Positions 25,189-31,575 of a stretch of DNA of 32,000 nucleotides are shown piece by piece; position 1 is the stretch's first letter; every line of letters starts with the position of its first letter. This DNA comes from Pyrolobus fumarii 1A (GTDB taxonomy: Archaea; Thermoproteota; Thermoprotei_A; Sulfolobales; Pyrodictiaceae). The notes beneath the pieces were generated by a model. It did not search any database and was not told the DNA's origin. It worked only from the letters and a program-made list of their open reading frames with translations. The position numbers and the translations under genes are program-made. The stretch lies in assembly GCF_000223395.1 (NCBI RefSeq), contig NC_015931.1, positions 1,260,001 through 1,292,000 on the forward strand, in the 5' to 3' direction.

Positions 25189-25251
25189 GACAGTCGACTC
25201 CACTCATAGGCATCATGGAGGCGTCGGCTGGACTAGGAGTCATCACTTGTC
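25189..25251 (-). ncRNA. Candidate C/D-box sRNA (sR6)
   Basis: The minus strand reads GACA-A-GUGAUGA-N12-CCGA-CGCCUCC-AUGAUGC-N12-UCGA-C-UGUC. On the plus strand these are TCATCAC 25240-25246, TCGG 25224-25227, GCATCAT 25210-25216 and TCGA 25194-25197. Both spacers are exactly 12 nt, the linker is 7 nt, and the terminal stem is 4 bp. Confidence 0.35.
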
Positions 25252-25305
25252 AGCGCGGCGGTTTGATGGACCCCGCTCGCCATCCGCCAGGGTGCTGCGG
25301 ACACA

Positions 25306-25313
25306 GACTATAA
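25306..25313 (+). promoter_or_regulatory. TATA box GACTATAA of purC
   Basis: Same 8-mer as upstream of purM, and the same 44-nt distance to the start codon (ATG 25350). Confidence 0.5.
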
Positions 25314-25349
25314 CTTATCAAGGCTGCGGGGCTTGCCGCGCGCGGGGAT

Positions 25350-26075
25350 ATGCGCGTGGAGGAACTTTACTCGGGTAAGGCAAAGACATTGTACCGTATC
25401 GAGCCGGGCAAACTGCTCATGAGGTTTCGTGATGATGTTACGGCGTTTGACGGTAAGCGTAAGGAGGTGGCGGGGGGCAAGGGCGTCCTCTCCGCTAAGA
25501 CCTCTGCTAAGCTGTTCGAGCTTCTAGAGGAGGCCGGTATACCAACGCACTACATCTGCTACCGCGGCGGCCCCGACATGATCGTCAAGGAGGCCAAGGT
25601 TATACCGATAGAGGTGATAGTTAGGAACTACGCTTACGGCTCGCTTCTTAAGAGAATGCCTCTATTGAAACCGCTCCAGAAGTTCACGAGACCAATCATA
25701 GAGCTACACTTCAAGAGCGACGAGCTACACGACCCGCTTATCCTCCCCCAGGATGTGATAGAGGCCGGGCTTCTCACCGAGGACGAGCTACGCGAGGTTG
25801 AGAGGTTAGCACTGGAAGTCAATAATGTTCTACGCAACTTCTTCGAGAGTAAGGGATACCGCCTCATCGACTTCAAGATAGAGGTTGGCCGTGTTGACGG
25901 CAAGCTCGTCGTGGTTGATGAGCTTAGCGGTGACACGATGCGCATCTTAGACAGTGAGGGTAGGCACCTCGACAAGGAGGTGTTCAGGAAGGGCGGCAGT
26001 GTACAAGAACTCCTCGAGGCTTACAAGCGGCTCGCCGAGATAGTCGGGGAGCCCCGGAGGGTGTGCGAGCAGTGA
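25350..26075 (+). CDS. purC: Phosphoribosylaminoimidazole-succinocarboxamide synthase (SAICAR synthetase)
   Basis: LYSGKAKTLY N-terminal motif and conserved ..IPIEVIVRNYAYGS.. / ..LIDFKIEVG.. segments. Confidence 0.9.
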   Translation: MRVEELYSGKAKTLYRIEPGKLLMRFRDDVTAFDGKRKEVAGGKGVLSAKTSAKLFELLEEAGIPTHYICYRGGPDMIVKEAKVIPIEVIVRNYAYGSLLKRMPLLKPLQKFTRPIIELHFKSDELHDPLILPQDVIEAGLLTEDELREVERLALEVNNVLRNFFESKGYRLIDFKIEVGRVDGKLVVVDELSGDTMRILDSEGRHLDKEVFRKGGSVQELLEAYKRLAEIVGEPRRVCEQ

Positions 26076-26332
26076 AGCTGGTAGTAGAGCTCCTGGTCTT
26101 CCTTAAGCCGCTTGCTAGAGACCCCGAGGCGGAGACCATACTCTCCGAGCTAAAGCGCTTGGGGTACAAGTGGATCGCTGGGTTACGCGTCGGGAAGGTG
26201 TATCGGTTTACACTCGAGGCTAGGGATTGCGAGGAGGCTGAGAGGAGGGTGTTGGAGCTTGGCGAGAAGCTGCGTTTCTACAACCCAGTTGTGCATAAGG
26301 CGGAGGCTAGGTGTCTAGGCGAGTCGGGTTAA
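26063..26332 (+). CDS. purS: FGAM synthase PurS subunit
   Basis: About 85 aa with VELLVFLKPLARDPEAETI..LGY..V..GKVYRFTLEA, typical of PurS. The likely start is GTG 26072, which overlaps the purC stop codon (GTGA). Confidence 0.8.
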   Translation: MRAVKLVVELLVFLKPLARDPEAETILSELKRLGYKWIAGLRVGKVYRFTLEARDCEEAERRVLELGEKLRFYNPVVHKAEARCLGESG

Positions 26333-26637
26333 ACCGGCTGTTTACAGTTTGGGCCCTGGTGCGTCAGAGGTTGGCATGCAAGAAGAGCAGCATCGCGGAG
26401 AAGCTGAAGGGTATTGAGGGCATTGAGACTGTAGAGGATGCCCTATCCGGCGATGGTGTCAGGTTGAAGGTGGCTACGGGTTTCGCCCTTGCAAAACTCC
26501 CTCGCGATGTTCTCGAGGAGCTTAGAGAATGTGATAGAATCGAGGTTGTTTATCCGGATGGACGCGTGGTTTACGTGACACGGGCTTGGGTTGAGAGGGT
26601 GTTGACTGTTGCGAGGGCTTCTGGCAATACGGGTTAA
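26311..26637 (+). CDS. Small hypothetical protein, possibly with an AbrB/SpoVT-like swapped-hairpin segment
   Basis: The C-terminal part LKVATGFALAKLPRDVLEELRECDRIEVVYPDGRVVYV resembles the AbrB/MazE pattern (..v.iPk.vr..l.l..gd.v.v....g.v.l). The start is uncertain (ATG 26311, GTG 26359 or TTG 26371). Confidence 0.35.
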   Translation: MSRRVGLNRLFTVWALVRQRLACKKSSIAEKLKGIEGIETVEDALSGDGVRLKVATGFALAKLPRDVLEELRECDRIEVVYPDGRVVYVTRAWVERVLTVARASGNTG

Positions 26638-27460
26638 GGGCGTAGGTGTGGCTGGTGGTAGCCCTGAACACCTCTGCAGGGACCCGTGCAAGGTTCGCAT
26701 CGAGCCACTTGACTTAGACTGGAGGCCTTCTAGACCCTGGGGCGTTGCCAGGTACGAGAGCTTGATGGCAATTAGGCCTTTGAGGGGTATAGCTGGTGGC
26801 ACGCCTATCTACTGCCCGGGTGGCTCAAGCCACTGTTACAAGCTGGAGCATGTTGGTGTCGTCACTGGTTTCTGGGAGCGGGGCTGCGAGACTCTAGCTG
26901 CACACATAGTGTTGTGCGGCGCGAATCTCGTGGAGACTAGGATGGGACCGTGGATGGAGGCGCTACGTTACTATCTAGACGACCACGTAACCATCATTGC
27001 TGTTGACAAACTTGTTGCTGGTAAGGGCTATTGTGCGGATCCGTTGCACAACCCGTTCTTCCATGAGGGCGGTGCGACGATAGTATACGAGCTGTACGAG
27101 CAAATCGGCGTACCAGACGCTCTTGTAGTGCCAGGTTACCCTGCGCTCCTAGAGTCTATCCGTGTTGGGTACGAGAGATTGATAAAGCTAGGGCTTGTTG
27201 ATGAACCTCCTAGGATCTACGCGGTCGATATGGGAATAGGAGTGCCAAGATGGCTCGTCGATAGCCTTGATTTAGTTGAGGTTCTTGTGAGAGATCCGGA
27301 GCTACTCTCTAGGGCTAGGTCGTCTCTACGCCAGGCGGGTCTACCGGATAACGTCGATGAGAGACTAGAGGCGGCTCGCATCAGGCTCCTCGAGAGTGGT
27401 GAGATAGGCCGTGACGAGGTGGTTGTGACGGTGTTAACTCCACACTGGGACACTAGCTAG
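26609..27460 (+). CDS. Threonine-synthase-derived (fold-type II PLP family) protein, shortened and apparently lacking PLP-binding motifs
   Basis: LHNPFFHEGGATIVYELYEQIGVPDALVVPGYPALLESIRVGYERLIKLGLVDEPPRIYAV aligns by eye with the ThrC consensus NP.R.EGqKT..fEi.eQl...PD..v.PvGNaGN......Gf.e....G......P....q. The N-terminal WGVARYESL..GGTPI resembles vWRY.elLP..eG.TPL. No SFKDRG-like lysine motif is present, and the GN.GN loop is replaced by GYPAL. The start may be GTG 26648. Confidence 0.5.
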   Translation: MRGLLAIRVKGVGVAGGSPEHLCRDPCKVRIEPLDLDWRPSRPWGVARYESLMAIRPLRGIAGGTPIYCPGGSSHCYKLEHVGVVTGFWERGCETLAAHIVLCGANLVETRMGPWMEALRYYLDDHVTIIAVDKLVAGKGYCADPLHNPFFHEGGATIVYELYEQIGVPDALVVPGYPALLESIRVGYERLIKLGLVDEPPRIYAVDMGIGVPRWLVDSLDLVEVLVRDPELLSRARSSLRQAGLPDNVDERLEAARIRLLESGEIGRDEVVVTVLTPHWDTS

Positions 27461-27502
27461 CACACCGTGCCCACATACCGTTGCCCCTGATTCTCGCATA
27501 GG

Positions 27503-28090
27503 CTAGGATTGTATAGCTTCAGATGCTATCCACGCCGCTATATGCTCGATAGCATATACCGCGAAGGGCGGAAGCGGTTCCGCATTAAGCACTCTCGCTA
27601 TCCTCGCTGCATGCTCGGCTAGGCTACCGGGCAGCAACGCGAGAGGGACTACATAGTCTGCACGGTAGGGTCCCAGACGTAGAGCCCTGCTAGCCTCGAG
27701 GGGGAGCGCACGCCGCCCTAGCGCACGGAGCGCGTTAACAATGTTCATGATGTCACGAGTGTACATCACGTTGTTGCGGCGAGCCCTACGGTAGACAAGC
27801 ACTATCGACGAGCCTGGCCGCGTAACGCTAGCGACGCCCTCCGCCACAAGCAACGGAGGGAGTATCCTAGGCTCTGTGTTGCACGCGTCTCTCAGCTCAA
27901 GCCAGTGCCCACCACGCCCAAACATTAGGAGGTATATACGCTCGAAATTCCAGCATCGATTCACGATACTCTCCTTCAACGGCGACAGTCGAGCCTTTAG
28001 CCCGAGACTATCCAGCAGCGCAAGTAGCTTCTCTAGTATTCTCTCGGAGCCCCTAACACCAGGCTCGTGGTACACTACGAGTGTCTTCAC
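27503..28090 (-). CDS. Hypothetical protein; tentative divergent two-lobed CbiX/SirB-like class II chelatase
   Basis: It has two repeats of a CbiX-like pattern. Repeat 1 is LVVYHEPG ... IYLLMFGRGGHWLEL. Repeat 2 is IVLVYRRAR ... YVVPLALLPGSLAEH. For comparison, small CbiX proteins have V.GHGS ... VVP.F...G.H. It lies in the heme gene neighbourhood. The assignment rests on pattern similarity only. Confidence 0.35.
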   Translation of the reverse strand: MKTLVVYHEPGVRGSERILEKLLALLDSLGLKARLSPLKESIVNRCWNFERIYLLMFGRGGHWLELRDACNTEPRILPPLLVAEGVASVTRPGSSIVLVYRRARRNNVMYTRDIMNIVNALRALGRRALPLEASRALRLGPYRADYVVPLALLPGSLAEHAARIARVLNAEPLPPFAVYAIEHIAAWIASEAIQS

Positions 28091-28296
28091 TCTCTTCTAC
28101 CGCTAAACAGGGTAGACAACTCCGATTCTTAACACTGAAGACCAACCACATAATGCTCGAGGCATTCCAGAAACTAGACACAACACCAAGGTCTTTGTGA
28201 AAACAGCGGCAGTACCCCCAACGATCAAGAATCTATGCAAATCAGGATAGTCTAACATACCATCCCGACAATCACGCTACGCTTTGGATGTCTAAG

Positions 28297-28313
28297 ATTC
28301 AATTCTATTGAAT
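28297..28313. promoter_or_regulatory. Perfect 7-3-7 palindrome ATTCAAT-TCT-ATTGAAT, a candidate operator
   Basis: It lies in the AT-rich divergent spacer, about 60 nt upstream of the TATA-like element of the V4R-like gene. Confidence 0.3.
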
Positions 28314-28368
28314 ATGGCGTCAGAGCTACTTCGAGGCAGGTTGATAAGCACAAACCTATTTGTTAGCA

Positions 28369-28377
28369 AGTTTAACG
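28369..28377 (+). promoter_or_regulatory. TATA-like AGTTTAACG of the V4R-like gene
   Basis: Its centre is 26 nt upstream of ATG 28399, which implies a leaderless or near-leaderless mRNA. It is flanked by a GTTAGCA direct repeat (28362-28368 and 28377-28383). Confidence 0.4.
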
Positions 28378-28398
28378 TTAGCAGTGCGAGGGCTGAAC

Positions 28399-29022
28399 AT
28401 GAGTCAGACGGATAAGGCTAAAGGTTTAATGGGAGGTGCTAACTGGGTTCGCGTGTACCACGCATATTTCCAAGCGATGGTTGTTGAGGGTCTAACTAGC
28501 TTAGCTGCACGCACATTAGGCCCAGACACAGGGTTCAACGTAGTCGCCGAGATAGTCGAAAAAGGAGCGATGAGAGGATTTGGCATACTTGTGGAGGAGG
28601 CTGCAAAAGAGGGAGTAAAGCTAGAAGAAGTTAGCCTTCGCGAACTACTCGAGTATGAAGTCAAATGCCATAGCTATGCTGTTAAGCGCATGAATGTACC
28701 CTTCCAGGTTTGGGAGGAGGCCAGAGAAGAGGAGCCAGACAGGAAGTACATCCTCTATACCAGAAGCTGTGTCTATCAAGATCTGGTGAGGAAGAACCCG
28801 GTAGTATGCGCTGTTTGCATCGGGTTAACTACCGGTATATTGAGGCGTAGCGGTATTAACGCAAAATGGGTTAGCAAGCCCGAACGTGCACGTCTATTCT
28901 GTAACCTACCCGAGGATAGACGGCCAGAGTGGATTGTATACCGCGATGCTAGCGCGAGGCTACCAGAGTGCCGCATTGTTATAGAGCGCTTCGAGTGCGC
29001 AGGCAAGCAAGATAATGCGTAG
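28399..29022 (+). CDS. Cys-containing hypothetical protein, V4R-domain-like (ATC-hydrolase-like is the alternative)
   Basis: The ORF 28360..29022 is trimmed to ATG 28399 because the TATA-like element lies inside the extension. The helical N-terminal part is ARTLGPDTGFNVVAEIVEKGAMRGFG. The C-terminal part SCVYQDL..PVVCAVCIGLTTGILRRSG...LFCNLPED..PEW resembles the V4R pattern C......P.C.f..G...G...........C... Confidence 0.4.
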   Translation: MSQTDKAKGLMGGANWVRVYHAYFQAMVVEGLTSLAARTLGPDTGFNVVAEIVEKGAMRGFGILVEEAAKEGVKLEEVSLRELLEYEVKCHSYAVKRMNVPFQVWEEAREEEPDRKYILYTRSCVYQDLVRKNPVVCAVCIGLTTGILRRSGINAKWVSKPERARLFCNLPEDRRPEWIVYRDASARLPECRIVIERFECAGKQDNA

Positions 29023-29151
29023 TATGCGCGGGACGAAGAAGATGCATATAACCAGCTTACCCGCGAGATGAGCGTCTTTGTGTCCAGAGCATGTCGATGC
29101 TGCTAAGGGGATTAACAAAAATCGCATTGGGACGCATTTTCTTCCACACAA

Positions 29152-30225
29152 TTGACACGTTTTTATTATGTGGTTGGGCTGACGAGCCTTGGGGGTCTAG
29201 GTCTTTTGAGTTTCCCTGCTCTCCGTCCGCGTAGGCTCCGTGCTACCAAGGCAATTCGTGATCTAGTCGCCGAGACCAAGCTGGAGCCTAGCGACTTCAT
29301 ACTTCCCATCTTCGTAAAGGAGGGTATCGACAAACCAGAGCCCATAGAGGCTATGCCAGGCCAGTATCGCTACCCCGTAGGTGAGCACCTGGTACGTTTT
29401 GTGAGAGAGGCTCTCGAGGTCGGCATTAAGGCGGTGCTACTCTTTGGCTACCCTCGTGACCGTGACGAGAAGGGTCTAGTCGCGACTAGGCGGGAGGGTG
29501 TGGTCCAGGAGGCTGTTAGGCTTCTACGTCGTGAGTTTGGCGACGAGCTTGTCATCTTTACCGACGTGTGCATCTGTAACTATACCGTGCACGGTCATTG
29601 CGGGATACCGGTGAGAAGGAGGAAGGGACCTGTAGAGATCACGATTGTCGACAACGATTCGACTCTAGAGGTTATAGCGAAGATGGCTGTTAGCCACGCT
29701 GAAGCGGGTGCTGATTTCGTAGCGCCCAGCGGCATGATGGATGGCATGATACGCGCTATTCGCGAGGCCCTTGACCGAGAGGGGTTCACCGACGTGGGCA
29801 TAATGAGCTATGCCGTGAAGTACGCCTCGGGGTTCTATGGACCGTTCCGCGAGGCGCTGCACTCAGCGCCTCGTTTTGGCGACCGTAGGAGCTACCAGAT
29901 GGACCCGAGGAACGCTGCAGAGGCCCTCAAGGAGGCTAGACTCGACGTCGAGGAGGGCGCAGACATCCTCATGGTTAAGCCTGCTCTCGCATACCTGGAT
30001 GTCATAAGCCTGGTTAAGGAGGCGTTCCCGGACTACCCGCTAGCCGCCTATAACGTGAGCGGCGAGTACTCGATGGTGAAGGCTGCTGCGGAGAAAGGCT
30101 GGATAGACGAGAGGATAGTGACACTCGAGATACTAACAGCTATCAAGAGAGCCGGAGCCGACATCATAATCACCTACCACGCGATAGACGCGGCTAAGTG
30201 GTTGCGCGAGGGCCTCCCCTTCTAA
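29152..30225 (+). CDS. hemB: Porphobilinogen synthase (delta-aminolevulinic acid dehydratase), Zn-type
   Basis: RPRRLR..IRDLVAETKL N-terminal motif, the Cys-rich Zn site DVCICNYTVHGHCG, and the Schiff-base lysine region ILMVKPALAYLD. The probable true start is TTG 29206 (LSFPALRPRRLR). Confidence 0.9.
   Translation: MTRFYYVVGLTSLGGLGLLSFPALRPRRLRATKAIRDLVAETKLEPSDFILPIFVKEGIDKPEPIEAMPGQYRYPVGEHLVRFVREALEVGIKAVLLFGYPRDRDEKGLVATRREGVVQEAVRLLRREFGDELVIFTDVCICNYTVHGHCGIPVRRRKGPVEITIVDNDSTLEVIAKMAVSHAEAGADFVAPSGMMDGMIRAIREALDREGFTDVGIMSYAVKYASGFYGPFREALHSAPRFGDRRSYQMDPRNAAEALKEARLDVEEGADILMVKPALAYLDVISLVKEAFPDYPLAAYNVSGEYSMVKAAAEKGWIDERIVTLEILTAIKRAGADIIITYHAIDAAKWLREGLPF
29161..29173 (+). promoter_or_regulatory. 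TATA-like TTTTATTATGTGG upstream of hemB
   Basis: ATTATGTGGTTG here compares with ATTATGTGGGTG upstream of the radical-SAM gene (4580-4591). It lies inside the maximal hemB ORF, which places the likely start at TTG 29206. Confidence 0.4.
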
Positions 30226-30282
30226 CCAGGCACAGGCTAACCTTCTAACCTAGCGTGTCTACAGGTAACCTGGTAGACTTTC

Positions 30283-31575
30283 TTGCCCGGCAAGCGCAGC
30301 CTCAAGCTATACGAGGAGGCTAGACAGCTCTTCCCGGGCGGCGTTAACAGCCCGGTACGTGCGGCCGTCAAGCCATACCCGTTCTATGTTGAGCGCGGCG
30401 AAGGACCCTACATATTCACGGTTGACGGCGAGAAACTCATAGACTATGTGCTCGCCTACGGCCCTCTGATCCTAGGCCATCGCCACCCACGTGTAAAGGC
30501 TGCTGTTGAGGAGCAACTAGAGAAGGGGTGGCTCTACGGCGCGCCCTACGAGCCCGAGATAGAGCTCGCCAAGAAGATACTCTGGTACTACATGCCAGGC
30601 GGTATGATACGCTTCGTCAACAGCGGCACAGAGGCCACAATGCTCGCCATCCGCCTGGCTAGAGGCTACACGAGACGCAAGTACATAGTCAAGTTTGAGG
30701 GCTGCTATCACGGCGCTCACGACTATGTACTGGTTGGCGCTGGTAGCGCTGCAGCAGAGTACGGCATCCCTGCAAGCGAGGGTGTACCCGAGGAGGTGGC
30801 TAGACTCACGCTCATAGCCAAGTACAACGATATCGACACTGTGGAGAAGATAATGAAGAAGCATGGTGACCAAGTAGCCGCCATAATAGTGGAGCCCGTT
30901 GTCGGCAATGCGGGTTTGATACTGCCCCGCGATGGCTTCCTACGCGAGCTACGCAGGATAGCTGATGAGCACGGCGCCCTCCTGATATTCGACGAGGTGA
31001 TAACTGGGTTTAGGCTTGGGCTGCGCGGCGCTCAGGAGTACTTCGGTGTTAAGGCTGATATTGTGACTCTCGGCAAGATTGTTGGTGGTGGGTTCCCAGT
31101 TGGCGCCGTAGCAGCACGCCGCGAGATAATGGAGATGGTGACGCCGGTCGGTAAGGTGTTCAACGCTGGCACTTTTAACGCACACCCAGTCACAATGATT
31201 GCTGGCCTCGAGACTATCAGGGTACTGGAGGAGACGAACCCGTATCCCGCCATGAGGGAGGCTGCTAAGCGCATAGCAGATACGCTCCTGGACGCCGCGG
31301 GAAGGAACGGGTTCGACGTTACAGTGAACCACATCGAGAGTATGGTGCAGGTCTTCTTCAAGCCTGGCGGTGTGTGGAGCTACGACGACGCTAAGCAGAG
31401 CAACCGCAAGCTCTACGACAAGCTGCACGAGATACTCTTGAGGAAGGGTGTGTTCATACCACCTAGCCAGATGGAGACGTGGTTCCTAAGCGCAGTCCAC
31501 ACCCGCGAGGTTATCGACGATACCCTATCTGCTATTGAGGATGCGTTCCGCGAGTTGAGAGGTGCTGGTGTGTGA
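30283..31575 (+). CDS. hemL: Glutamate-1-semialdehyde 2,1-aminomutase
   Basis: FPGGVNSPVRA, and the PLP-lysine region DIVTLGKIVGGGFPVGA. 430 aa. TTG start. Confidence 0.95.
   Translation: MPGKRSLKLYEEARQLFPGGVNSPVRAAVKPYPFYVERGEGPYIFTVDGEKLIDYVLAYGPLILGHRHPRVKAAVEEQLEKGWLYGAPYEPEIELAKKILWYYMPGGMIRFVNSGTEATMLAIRLARGYTRRKYIVKFEGCYHGAHDYVLVGAGSAAAEYGIPASEGVPEEVARLTLIAKYNDIDTVEKIMKKHGDQVAAIIVEPVVGNAGLILPRDGFLRELRRIADEHGALLIFDEVITGFRLGLRGAQEYFGVKADIVTLGKIVGGGFPVGAVAARREIMEMVTPVGKVFNAGTFNAHPVTMIAGLETIRVLEETNPYPAMREAAKRIADTLLDAAGRNGFDVTVNHIESMVQVFFKPGGVWSYDDAKQSNRKLYDKLHEILLRKGVFIPPSQMETWFLSAVHTREVIDDTLSAIEDAFRELRGAGV

Noticed and set aside
28399-29022. Horizontal transfer of the V4R-like gene inferred from low GC
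   Set aside because: Hand counts give about 48-50% GC for this CDS, but a 60-nt line of hemB (29281-29340) also gives 50%. Only the intergenic spacer is clearly AT-rich, so the compositional argument for the CDS is too weak.
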